Source of the DNA: a virus
IMG/VR virus record: IMGVR_UViG_3300042453_005575
Coordinates: 26,077-90,076 of that record
DNA length: 64,000 nt
Reading direction: 5' to 3' (one strand)
Position numbers and translations under genes: made by a program. Below the pieces are notes generated by a model. It did no database searches. It saw nothing but the letters and a program-made list of their open reading frames with translations, and was not told the origin of the DNA. How positions within the stretch are numbered: the first letter of the stretch is position 1; the number at the start of each line of letters is the position of its first letter. Shown here in pieces: positions 18,885 through 27,871 of the stretch.

Positions 18885-20963
18885 TTGAGCATTTTTATTC
18901 CTATGCATTTTTCCATAAAAGAATTTAAAACAATTGTAAACGACTTTTTCGCATACAATAAACATATTATAAGCGGGCAAGTAACGGTAGACTATCACTA
19001 TTCTTCAGAAGCAGCCCCGAAATATAGATTAAATTTCGGAAACCTAGAGTTTGAAACTGTGGAGGATATGCATCAAGTTTCCAAATACATACCAATACCT
19101 CTCCACGGGCTGATATATAAGAATAAAGACCGTCACCCTAAGCTTTGGAACCATCTGGTCGTGAGCGCTAATTCTAATGACAAGCCTGCCACATTAAGCC
19201 TCATACAGAAAAAGCATACCGAAGCATTCAAAAGTATTAAACTAATTCCGGAAACTCTAGCAGAAGATCGCCAACCGTTTATTATATGTGAGGAACCTCT
19301 TGAAGTTACTGAAGGAAATTATACTTATAGGTTTTTAACAATACCTGCATCAGGCAGATTCCGTGGCGGATCAAGATCTGATATATATTTGGCAGCTCGA
19401 AATGACGAGCCTATATATGATTACCTGGATAAAGGTTATTTTGTGCTTCCGCTAGTCCGCCGGTTCTCGGCTTCGAATAAAACAGGTAAAACCACGCTTG
19501 TTGCAGATGAATACAACGTTCATGTGGCTCACATCATGCTAATGTGCTGTATACAGCCTGCTTTGGTCTCGGAATTGCAGGATGGATGTTTTATAAATTC
19601 GCATAACGCTGAAATAATGAGGCTGAAATTAGAGAAAAAATTAAGTGAAAAACAAAAAGCAGTTTTCGATAAGGAGAAAGCCAATATCGAAGCAGATTAC
19701 AGGAAAAATACAACTCTCATTGTTATAGGAAAACTCATGTCAGACGATATCCCAAAAACAACTATGAGAGATATCGTGTTTACAAAAACTTCTGCCGCAT
19801 ACGAAAACATTACGATAGAGGCATCTGATTTGCTGAATGTCCTATACTCCAGGATGAATTTCCAAGGCGAGTTCGACATCTACGCTATCAGCAATTTATA
19901 TAGCCAGTATGTAGAAGAATTATTGAACCAATCTCTTGAGGCTAAGGTATTAACACCGATTAAAATTAACGGAATCGAGATCAAGCCCTCGATAACTGCA
20001 ACATATCAAAGATATATCAATGGAATACGAATAAACAAAGACGAAGTAGCCAAAGTTATCCACCGCGCTTCTTGCTTTCATGACCAGAAAGACTACAATT
20101 TGTTTCTTAAGTCCATTTCCCGTATGTCTATACGTTGGCATGATATTATTGCTAATGGCCTGCCTGTAAAAATCCATCAAATGAACTATGATGAATTAAA
20201 ATCGCCAACACCCTCGGAGCGCGCTCCGGTTATAAAATTCTTTATAGACACCGATGACCACAGACAGATCAAAATCAAAGTAGATGACAAGCGTGCTGTG
20301 CGTGTCCAGTTTTCAAAATTACTGAAAAAGGTTGATAGCTTAAATAGAAAAACAAACGGCGGCTATGGTGCTCAGTATATTAACGGGTACAGATACACAA
20401 CTCGAAACGGTGAGTGGTGCGCTCGAGAGCTTGTCGCTATTTTAGCTGAGTGTTGCACATTCGCTGAAAAAACAAAAAATGAAAACGGGGAAGAAGTAAA
20501 CACAGTAAAAGTTGAGATAACGAAAGAAGATCTTACAAAACTTTTAGGTGTGGTGCAAAAAGAAAAAGAAGCAATGCTTAAAAGATCTAAAGAATTTTTG
20601 GCTTCGGCTGTCAAGCTGACCGGAGCAGAATCTATAGAATTTTTGGGTAAACCAGCCTATAAAGTAAAAGGCTTACTCCGTGAATACGCTGTGGTTATAG
20701 AAGACGCTAAAGTTTACGATTACGCTACAAAGCAATACCGCTGTATTGTGAATGACCGCCATTATAAAGGAGCCGGCTATGACGACATAGCATCTCGCTT
20801 ATTGGCACTTAAAAATGACTCTGTTATGCAAAATCATATCGGCACACTCAAAGGAGCTGCTCAACCAGGAGCGGAAAACGCTCACAATAGCTACGCACCC
20901 GACAGAGAGATAGGAGAGATGGTCGAAACTATGGTTGACGAAGTGCTGAAAAAAACTGCATAG
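18885..20963 (+). CDS. Large hypothetical protein of the Ubl cluster; C-terminal Cys-containing domain (candidate E2-like)
   Basis: 692-aa ORF (TTG start; alternative ATG at 18903); C-terminus YKVKG-REYAVV-KVYD-QYRCIV...DDIASRLLALKND. Confidence 0.55.
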   Translation: MSIFIPMHFSIKEFKTIVNDFFAYNKHIISGQVTVDYHYSSEAAPKYRLNFGNLEFETVEDMHQVSKYIPIPLHGLIYKNKDRHPKLWNHLVVSANSNDKPATLSLIQKKHTEAFKSIKLIPETLAEDRQPFIICEEPLEVTEGNYTYRFLTIPASGRFRGGSRSDIYLAARNDEPIYDYLDKGYFVLPLVRRFSASNKTGKTTLVADEYNVHVAHIMLMCCIQPALVSELQDGCFINSHNAEIMRLKLEKKLSEKQKAVFDKEKANIEADYRKNTTLIVIGKLMSDDIPKTTMRDIVFTKTSAAYENITIEASDLLNVLYSRMNFQGEFDIYAISNLYSQYVEELLNQSLEAKVLTPIKINGIEIKPSITATYQRYINGIRINKDEVAKVIHRASCFHDQKDYNLFLKSISRMSIRWHDIIANGLPVKIHQMNYDELKSPTPSERAPVIKFFIDTDDHRQIKIKVDDKRAVRVQFSKLLKKVDSLNRKTNGGYGAQYINGYRYTTRNGEWCARELVAILAECCTFAEKTKNENGEEVNTVKVEITKEDLTKLLGVVQKEKEAMLKRSKEFLASAVKLTGAESIEFLGKPAYKVKGLLREYAVVIEDAKVYDYATKQYRCIVNDRHYKGAGYDDIASRLLALKNDSVMQNHIGTLKGAAQPGAENAHNSYAPDREIGEMVETMVDEVLKKTA

Positions 20964-20988
20964 CCCATCAAATAAACACAGAAAACAA

Positions 20989-21630
20989 ATGAAAGCACCT
21001 TATATACTGGATATAGCTACCACACCCTTGCCAAGAGAAACCCTCTTGGCAAGGGCTCCAGAATTCAAAGCTGGCGCGAATCTAAAAGACCCGGCTAAAA
21101 TAGCCGAAGATATAGAACGAAAAAAGAAAAAGTATTTGGAAGATGCCCATCTTTCAGAAGCAACTGCTACTGTTTCGTGCATAGCTATAGCTGATTATAA
21201 CCATCCAACTGATTCGATGTTGCTCACCAACGACTCTGAGAAGGATTTGCTGGCGAGCTTCGAAGAATTTATAACTAAAAATGAAAAAGAAAAACTAATA
21301 ACATTCAGAGGATTTAAATTTGTTTATCCTTTCTTAGCTAGAAGAGGTGCGGTACACGGGTTCAATTTTTTCAAATATCTTGTGTACCCCGCAGCACTTC
21401 AAAGCAACCCATTCGAGCAACATATCGACGTGGCAAAAATATGGGCTTGTGGGAGCATTTTTCATCCTGAAACGCTTCAAGAAATAGCTGATGTTCTAGG
21501 TATAGAATGCAGCGGGGTTTCTGACATTTACCATGAATTAGTTAATAACACGTCTGATTCTTATGCGTTCGTACATATGTTCAATAAATTAAAAATAATA
21601 AATAAAATAGGTAAAGCCTTAGGAATATAA
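20989..21630 (+). CDS. DnaQ/PolB-type 3'-5' exonuclease-like protein, catalytic motifs degenerate
   Basis: ILDIAT (cf. DIET), EKDLL..F, LITFRGFKFVYPFL (cf. FNG..FD.PFL), HID. Confidence 0.65.
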   Translation: MKAPYILDIATTPLPRETLLARAPEFKAGANLKDPAKIAEDIERKKKKYLEDAHLSEATATVSCIAIADYNHPTDSMLLTNDSEKDLLASFEEFITKNEKEKLITFRGFKFVYPFLARRGAVHGFNFFKYLVYPAALQSNPFEQHIDVAKIWACGSIFHPETLQEIADVLGIECSGVSDIYHELVNNTSDSYAFVHMFNKLKIINKIGKALGI

Positions 21631-21634
21631 TATT

Positions 21635-22084
21635 ATGGGGTTATTTGAAAATATTAATCATCTATTGGCTAAAGAAATAGTCGAAGCCTCCCGTGTATGT
21701 GGATATTCAGAAGAAGAACAGGGTGGTATTATTCTTGAAAAAAATGGGGAGTATGTTTTTACCTATGTGAAAAACAAGCATAGAGGAAGTGATATGGCTC
21801 CTCAGCTGTACGAAACTGACTTAGAAGATTTTAAAGAAAATGTGGCCCCGAAAGTTGCGGATGGGTGGAAATTCTTTGCGAGTTTCCACACACATCCGTC
21901 ATTCAGCCCTACCCCTAGCCGCTTGGATTTGGAGAAGTTATTCACAGGATTCAAATATAATGTTATTTTTGCTACCCATCAAAAAATGTTTTGTTGGGCA
22001 GAATGGTTGTCGCAAGATCATTTATTTTTATATTACATTCCATTAAATTCACTCAAACTTATTATACATCATAATGAATCATAA
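21635..22084 (+). CDS. JAB/MPN+ (JAMM) metalloprotease
   Basis: EQGGIIL catalytic Glu and FHTHPSFSPTPSRLD = HxH-x7-S-x2-D JAMM motif. Confidence 0.9.
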   Translation: MGLFENINHLLAKEIVEASRVCGYSEEEQGGIILEKNGEYVFTYVKNKHRGSDMAPQLYETDLEDFKENVAPKVADGWKFFASFHTHPSFSPTPSRLDLEKLFTGFKYNVIFATHQKMFCWAEWLSQDHLFLYYIPLNSLKLIIHHNES

Positions 22085-22667
22085 AATTGCAATCGCGGGG
22101 GCAGGAGGAATCGGCTCTAACCTATTAGCTATATTATTCGACTACGGCTTTAACCGTAAACAATTTGACTATGCTTCTGCCAAGGTCGATATTTACGATG
22201 ACGACACAGTCGATTTGACTAACTTATTACATCAAAATTATAAAATAGACGACATCGGTAAATACAAAGTATCTGTTATGGAAGACAAGTACATTGTGAA
22301 TGGGATCAAACGAAGGATGACCCCAGACGATTTTAAAAATTACAATGTTGTCTTTTGTTGCGTAGATAATATGCCTTTCCGTAAGGCTCTTTACGAGTAT
22401 AGTTGGAACAACACAGATAAAAAATTGTTCTGGGTTGACGGGCGCTGCACATCGCGGCAAGGCGCGGTGTTCACTTCTGAAATGCCTAAAGATATTCTGC
22501 TAAACTACATAGACGCTTCAAAAGAGGAAGGTGGATGTCTACTCGCCTTTGAGAAAGAACAGAACATCAGCCACACACTTCCAACGATTGTCGCAGGAAT
22601 GATGGCTCAAGCTTTTCTAAACAACCTTCGTGAGCAAAAAACATCCAAACTTATATTTATGGTGTAA
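22074..22667 (+). CDS. E1/ThiF-family adenylyltransferase (Ubl-activating enzyme)
   Basis: GAGGIGS, YDDDTVDLTNLLHQ, IGKYK, CCVDN..FRK, WVDGR, candidate catalytic EGGC. Confidence 0.9.
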   Translation: MNHKIAIAGAGGIGSNLLAILFDYGFNRKQFDYASAKVDIYDDDTVDLTNLLHQNYKIDDIGKYKVSVMEDKYIVNGIKRRMTPDDFKNYNVVFCCVDNMPFRKALYEYSWNNTDKKLFWVDGRCTSRQGAVFTSEMPKDILLNYIDASKEEGGCLLAFEKEQNISHTLPTIVAGMMAQAFLNNLREQKTSKLIFMV

Positions 22668-22682
22668 CTATTTGAGATAGAA

Positions 22683-22721
22683 TTGTGTAGGTATACTGTT
22701 GTACCCGGTGTACCTGCACAA
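22683..22721 (+). terminator. Stem-loop closing the Ubl-JAB-E1 cluster
   Basis: GTGTAGGTATAC pairs with GTGTACCTGCAC (two G-U pairs), just after the E1 stop. Confidence 0.5.
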
Positions 22722-22733
22722 AATTTTAACTAC

Positions 22734-22762
22734 TTGACAACTAAACTCAGGGAAACCATATT
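22734..22762 (+). promoter_or_regulatory. Sigma70-like promoter upstream of SSB/RecA
   Basis: TTGACA-N17-CATATT. Confidence 0.45.
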
Positions 22763-22870
22763 CAGATAGTTAACCACAGTTTTATCAAATCATCGATTTT
22801 TAAAATGCTTTTTAATATAGCTGGCAAACGCAAAACCTTTATTACTGTATAAACACACTAAAATATCACA

Positions 22871-23899
22871 ATGCCTATCATCAAACCATCAATTAAATTC
22901 GAAGGTTCCGATTTAAACTTAACCGCTTCGTCAGCCCCTTACATTCGCGAGGGTGTTCGGCGAGCGATATTTAATAAAACTACAAACCAAGAAGGAGCTT
23001 ATCTTTACTTTCTGCCTGCGTTCAAAGCAGACGCTCATGGAAATGGAGTGTGGTATAAGAAGATAACTATTCGAGATAATTTCGGGACAAATTTTAAAGA
23101 AAAATATTATGTTCCTGACCGTAATGAAGATCCGGCGGAATATTTTTCAAACAACTTTAGAATTTTGTATACTGAAGAAAGCCGCCCGAGAGACGAAGAA
23201 GTTAATGGTCGCAAGTTTAAAAAATACCCCAGCTATGGTCGTTTAACAGACCGTGTGCTGTATAATGTAGCTTTTGCTCAGAATTTAGGTCTCGGAGCAC
23301 ATGTTTTAGATTTACCGTTAAGAAACGGTGCCGATATTTTAAACAATTGGCTTGGAAGTAAAGATTTGGCTGGCAATAACCGACAACCAATAAATGACCC
23401 TGACCACTGTTTTCCTGTTTTTGTAAAACTCAAGGAAAACAGCGCTAACCCATGGGTTCTACAAATAGACAGCAGCCAGGCAGTCAAGCTTCCTCCTCAA
23501 CTGGCGAACAGTGATTACTTATATGATTTAGACGACATTTTCGAAACAAAGTCCAAAGAAGAGATTATTGCTAAGCTTCGTGAAATGTATTCTAGCAGTG
23601 TATTTGAAGCTTGTATGGATGGATATGATGGTTTGACTAAAGGGGCTATTTCACCTAGAGGCGTTGTCGCCCCAAAGTTCACAGCTCCTTCAGCCGAATC
23701 GTACAGTCCTGCCCCGACCAAACCGGTCGCCGCACCAGTCGCAGCAGTTGATATCCCCAAGGCTACTATAACTGCCCCAAAAATAGCAGTTAATCCCCCG
23801 CCAGCTGCGGAGATAGATATAAGCACTCTTCCGGCTAACCCAATAGCTTCTGCGAAGTTGTCTAGGGAAGAAGCAATGAAGTTCATTAGCTCGAATTAA
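22871..23899 (+). CDS. Putative single-stranded DNA-binding protein (gp32-like)
   Basis: Aromatic-rich core (LYFLPAF, RVLYNV), Pro/Ala-rich flexible tail, directly upstream of RecA. Confidence 0.5.
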   Translation: MPIIKPSIKFEGSDLNLTASSAPYIREGVRRAIFNKTTNQEGAYLYFLPAFKADAHGNGVWYKKITIRDNFGTNFKEKYYVPDRNEDPAEYFSNNFRILYTEESRPRDEEVNGRKFKKYPSYGRLTDRVLYNVAFAQNLGLGAHVLDLPLRNGADILNNWLGSKDLAGNNRQPINDPDHCFPVFVKLKENSANPWVLQIDSSQAVKLPPQLANSDYLYDLDDIFETKSKEEIIAKLREMYSSSVFEACMDGYDGLTKGAISPRGVVAPKFTAPSAESYSPAPTKPVAAPVAAVDIPKATITAPKIAVNPPPAAEIDISTLPANPIASAKLSREEAMKFISSN

Positions 23900-23900
23900 A

Positions 23901-25091
23901 ATGGATTTTGAAGGCTATCTAAATTCTATCAAAAAAAATTTCGGAAAAACATTTAAAGCAGACAATGTTAATCTGGAATTAAATACTGTAGATAAAGAGT
24001 TACCTCCTACAGGGATTGTCCTAGACAATCCCTTGTTGGAGTATGCTTTTGACCGAAGGTTTATGGCGTACGGAAGGTGTTATTTAATTTATGGTAAAAA
24101 GGGGTGCTCTAAAACAACCATGCTTTTTGATATAGCTAAAATATTTCAAAAAGCAGGCGGGAAAATGTTTTGGGTCGAAACCGAGAGCGCCCCAGATTTC
24201 AATTATATGCAGCTACAGGGTGTGAACCCTAACGGCGTAATATATCACAATCCTAGATCATTAGAGGAAGCTCTGACATTATGCAAAATAACTATAGAGA
24301 ACTACTCTAAATACACCGACGGTAAAACACCTATCATGGTGGCGCTCGACTCGATTGCTGGCGCTGCTACCGACTATGAGCGGGACCAAGATATAATAGG
24401 CCAACAAAAGGTGGGCGAACACGCTAAATTAATGGCTGCTTTCTATAGAAACATTATTCCATACCTGGAATGCGAGAATATGGTCTTTGTAGCTACCAAC
24501 CAGCTTCGAGACAATATTAGCGCCACTGGTCCTGGGTTTGGGATGGAGAAACCAGAAGCGCTTATCGGAGGCGAGGCGCAAAGGTTCAACTCTACTTATC
24601 AGTTCAAAGTAGCCAGAATAAAAGATAACCTCACGGAAGACCATATGGGAGTTAAGCGTAAATCAGGCTCCACACACTCTCTAACTGTTAAGCGTAATAA
24701 GCTAGGTAGAGAAGGCAATAGCCAAAAAATAGAGTTTGATATACATATCAATGGAGGTATTGATTGGTATTCGCCATTGGTTCGGATGCTTGGAGAAAAT
24801 TATTCTGCTCTTGTTGGTAAGACTGGTGGGTGGTATACTTGGAAAATACCTAACACTAAATTTGCTATTAACGTAGATGGAGAAGTGCAAGAAGGAGTTA
24901 TTGACACAGAGAAGAAATTCAGGGAATCTGAATTGGCTTATCTGTTGGCCAATAGCGTTGAAGGTAAAGAAGTTGCTAGAAAAGCTTTTAGCATTCCTGA
25001 CATGCCTTCCGCAGAAGTTATTGAAGAAATTGATAACACAAACAAAGCTCGACGCAAAAGAAAGTCTGAGTTAGAAGTTGATGGAGAATGA
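23901..25091 (+). CDS. recA: RecA/UvsX recombinase
   Basis: YGKKGCSKTT Walker A, VETESA, ALDSIAG, TNQLRD, GGEAQRF, VKRNK, GGWY. Confidence 0.9.
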   Translation: MDFEGYLNSIKKNFGKTFKADNVNLELNTVDKELPPTGIVLDNPLLEYAFDRRFMAYGRCYLIYGKKGCSKTTMLFDIAKIFQKAGGKMFWVETESAPDFNYMQLQGVNPNGVIYHNPRSLEEALTLCKITIENYSKYTDGKTPIMVALDSIAGAATDYERDQDIIGQQKVGEHAKLMAAFYRNIIPYLECENMVFVATNQLRDNISATGPGFGMEKPEALIGGEAQRFNSTYQFKVARIKDNLTEDHMGVKRKSGSTHSLTVKRNKLGREGNSQKIEFDIHINGGIDWYSPLVRMLGENYSALVGKTGGWYTWKIPNTKFAINVDGEVQEGVIDTEKKFRESELAYLLANSVEGKEVARKAFSIPDMPSAEVIEEIDNTNKARRKRKSELEVDGE

Positions 25092-25234
25092 AACAGATAT
25101 TTTGGTGCGTGTGACTGCAGAACTTAAAAAGCATTACAGCCTACGCGGTGTGGCTCAGGATCTTTTCCCTGATTTTGACGTTACGCCCGCGCAGCCCCAA
25201 AATATTACCAATGATTCCTCAGTAGAAAAAATCA

Positions 25235-25420
25235 ATGAACGACTATCTTCAAAAGCTAGCCGAGATTGAAAAGCTCATCAAAAAAATGGATCTTCCCTTT
25301 TACCGTAAAAAAGTAAAAAATAACGAAGATTTAAGATGGCTGAAAAGTAGTTTGTGTGTAAAAAATACTAAACACGCTAATTATAGCAAAGCTATGGAAA
25401 TAATAAGTTCCTTAGTTTAA
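25235..25420 (+). CDS. Hypothetical protein
   Basis: MDLPFYRK...DLRWL small phage-type ORF. Confidence 0.5.
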   Translation: MNDYLQKLAEIEKLIKKMDLPFYRKKVKNNEDLRWLKSSLCVKNTKHANYSKAMEIISSLV

Positions 25421-25460
25421 TTATTCAGGGAGGTCCGAACCCTTCCTGAATATAAATATT

Positions 25461-25964
25461 ATGGTATATATCGGGTTTGATAACGGCGTAACTTCACAAG
25501 GCATAGGAGTCATTTCTTCGAAAGGAGAGGTGCATCTCTACGCATTGCCTATTAAGCGCGAACCTAGCTACACAAAAGAAGAAAAGCATATCACAAGAAT
25601 AGACTATGCGGGGCTTGTCAACCTGTTAAAAGCCATCAAATCTTCATTTCCTGGAGAAAAATTTATAACAGCTATAGAAAGGCCCATGGTTAATAGCCGT
25701 CGCTTTAACGCGACATTATCCGCGATAAGGTGTCTGGAAGCTACCATTATAGCTCTAGAAAGTGTAGGGTTAAAATACCATTATATAGATTCAAAAGAGT
25801 GGCAAAGATCTTTACTCCCTGCAGGCACAAAAGGAAGTGAAGACCTCAAAAAAGCCAGCTTAGATGTAGGTAGAAAAATGTTTCCCCATATAAAATTCAA
25901 AAAAGATGCTGACGGAATGTTGATAGCTGAGTATTTGAGAATCAAAGATTCTAGAAAACTTTAA
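25461..25964 (+). CDS. RuvC-like Holliday junction resolvase
   Basis: YIGFDNG, AIERP, KEWQR, DADGMLIAEY RNase H-fold acidic motifs. Confidence 0.8.
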   Translation: MVYIGFDNGVTSQGIGVISSKGEVHLYALPIKREPSYTKEEKHITRIDYAGLVNLLKAIKSSFPGEKFITAIERPMVNSRRFNATLSAIRCLEATIIALESVGLKYHYIDSKEWQRSLLPAGTKGSEDLKKASLDVGRKMFPHIKFKKDADGMLIAEYLRIKDSRKL

Positions 25965-25986
25965 CATTAAATATATAACTATTCTT

Positions 25987-26757
25987 ATGTTGCAATTAGA
26001 CTTCTTGGGAAACTTTTCTCAAGAACAAGAGGATATAAGTTTAAATGACGGTCAGTATGAGTTTTGGGACAGTGAATATAAAATACACCCAAAACCTCCG
26101 GTGATAATTAATTATAATAAAATTGAAAAATTTTTTATAGAGTTGGATTATTCGAAAGTTTCAGATTACAAAGGTTACTGGGAGAGTATAACTCCACAGA
26201 ATGATGCGGATGTGTTTTGTCGTTGGTTGTTCGCTTTTATGAGTGTGCACACATCGTGGAAGGCTAATATTGTCGGGTATGCCGCTATAAAAAATTGGTG
26301 GACGTGGATAAATAAATGGGAAAATTTATTGGAGTTGATACAAGCTAGCGGCGTCGGCATGCATAATAATCGGCTTAAGTTTATTTCTGAGTTTGCTTAT
26401 GATTTTTGGGAAGACCCCTCAAAGTATAAAAAAGAGCAAAATGAATCTTGGAGTCAATTCAGAAATAGGCTTGAAAAAATTACTTTAGGATTAGGCATGG
26501 CAAAAACAAGTTTTGCTTTAGAAATGTGCTACCCGAATCAGGCTAAAATTACATGTTTAGATACACACATGTTTCAAGCTTACGGCTTAGATCAATCCAA
26601 GCACGCTAAGAAATACAAAACAATCGAACAGCATTGGGTCTATATGAGTAATATGTGGAATATTCCTCCATACATAGCCAGGTGCATGTATTGGGACCAT
26701 AAACAGGGCCACTTAGACAGCAGATATTGGAGCTTTGTATTCGAAAAACAAAAATAA
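25987..26757 (+). CDS. HhH DNA glycosylase/AP lyase (OGG-like)
   Basis: HhH motif LGLGMAKTSFAL followed by CLDTHM (catalytic Lys/Asp pattern). Confidence 0.7.
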   Translation: MLQLDFLGNFSQEQEDISLNDGQYEFWDSEYKIHPKPPVIINYNKIEKFFIELDYSKVSDYKGYWESITPQNDADVFCRWLFAFMSVHTSWKANIVGYAAIKNWWTWINKWENLLELIQASGVGMHNNRLKFISEFAYDFWEDPSKYKKEQNESWSQFRNRLEKITLGLGMAKTSFALEMCYPNQAKITCLDTHMFQAYGLDQSKHAKKYKTIEQHWVYMSNMWNIPPYIARCMYWDHKQGHLDSRYWSFVFEKQK

Positions 26758-26760
26758 AAT

Positions 26761-26964
26761 ATGGAAGACAATGAAGAATTAATTCAAGACGTGGAGAATG
26801 TACTGGAATATCTTTTAGCTGAAGGGATAGTTGAAAAAACTTACAAAAACGGAGAAGCGTATTATAACATAACCCCCGAAGGTTCGAGGCTAGTGCAAAA
26901 AACTAAAAAAGCCCCGCGTATGTCACTACGGCGTAAGAAATCTTTGATTATGATAAAACCATAA
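26761..26964 (+). CDS. Small winged-helix-like protein (paralog 1)
   Basis: LEYLLAEGIVE...YNITPEG. Confidence 0.55.
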   Translation: MEDNEELIQDVENVLEYLLAEGIVEKTYKNGEAYYNITPEGSRLVQKTKKAPRMSLRRKKSLIMIKP

Positions 26965-26981
26965 GTTATAATATAGATGCT

Positions 26982-27203
26982 ATGGACAACGAAGATTATG
27001 AATCTTGGGGTGAAAATAGCCCTAACGAACAATTCGAGCAAATACAAAAATTAATCAATGAATTAAACCGCAGGTCCAAAAAATGTATGGACTATTTGGT
27101 TGCCGAAGGGTTTATAGAACCCACAGCAACGCCTGGGGTTTATAACTATACGCCAGAAGGTTTGGTGTTAGCAAAACGAGAGTTTAAAAAGCTGTCTAGC
27201 TGA
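26982..27203 (+). CDS. Small winged-helix-like protein (paralog 2)
   Basis: MDYLVAEGFIE...YNYTPEG. Confidence 0.55.
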   Translation: MDNEDYESWGENSPNEQFEQIQKLINELNRRSKKCMDYLVAEGFIEPTATPGVYNYTPEGLVLAKREFKKLSS

Positions 27204-27237
27204 AATCTTCGGCAGCCGGTAAAAATTCTCATTTTTT

Positions 27238-27310
27238 GGGGGTGTAGCTCATTTGGTAGAGCAAGACCTTTGCAAGGTCGAGGTAGCAGGTTCGAGCCCT
27301 GTCATCTCCA
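27238..27310 (+). tRNA. tRNA-Ala(UGC)
   Basis: Cloverleaf; anticodon loop TTTGCAA; G3-U70 Ala identity pair; GGTTCGAGCCC T-arm; CCA not encoded. Confidence 0.92.
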
Positions 27311-27330
27311 ATTTTTGGCAAACAATTTAT

Positions 27331-27837
27331 ATGAAAAAAGAATTAGAACTAAAATTAGTCGAGAAGTATCCAAAAATATTAGCTGACTATGGTGGTGATA
27401 AAATGCTTACGTGCATGCACTGGGGGGTAGAGTGCGGCGACGGTTGGTATGAGCTATTAGATAAAGGAATGGAGAAAATTCAGCATATATGTGATATGAC
27501 CTCGGATAACATGCAATTAAAAGCTTCACAAATTAAAGAAAAGTATGGTACTTTGCGATTCTATTATATTATAGAAAACGGGTCAGAGGTTCAAAACGAA
27601 ATACTTGACGACCTAGTTGAAATAATGGAATTGAAGTCTTCTAGAATTTGCGAAAATACAGGCAAACATGGCGAACCGTGCGTTTTTGCTGGGTGGTACA
27701 AAACATTATGCTACGCTGAAGCGAGGAAGCAAAAATACAGGGCTGTTAATGATTCCACCGAAGCATACTGGAAGACGTTGGACGCAAAACAAAACCCTGC
27801 AGAAGAAACCTCTGAAGATGAGGAAATTAAAATATAA
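27331..27837 (+). CDS. Conserved phage hypothetical protein
   Basis: ECGDGW...QIKEKYGTLRFY...ICENTG; likely start MKKELE at 27331 (track start lies inside the tRNA). Confidence 0.7.
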   Translation: MKKELELKLVEKYPKILADYGGDKMLTCMHWGVECGDGWYELLDKGMEKIQHICDMTSDNMQLKASQIKEKYGTLRFYYIIENGSEVQNEILDDLVEIMELKSSRICENTGKHGEPCVFAGWYKTLCYAEARKQKYRAVNDSTEAYWKTLDAKQNPAEETSEDEEIKI

Positions 27838-27871
27838 AATATTCGACGAGTAACAAAGTATTATAAAATAT

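Noticed and set aside
22074-22667. E1/ThiF as an ordinary thiamine or molybdopterin auxiliary gene
   Set aside because: No ThiG/MoaE or rhodanese partner in the window, CxxC zinc motifs are absent, and it is coupled to JAB and a capped Ubl; not fully excluded because partners could lie outside the window
23515-23886. Gly/Ala-rich hydrophobic minus-strand ORF
   Set aside because: Antisense of the Pro/Ala-rich tail of the putative SSB
14315-25091. Inteins or introns in polymerase, RecA or nearby core genes
   Set aside because: No splice-junction motifs, homing endonuclease motifs or unexplained length noticed
27253-27330. Track N-terminal extensions of ORFs at 27253, 29062, 56750 and 57115
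   Set aside because: They start inside tRNA genes; better starts lie downstream
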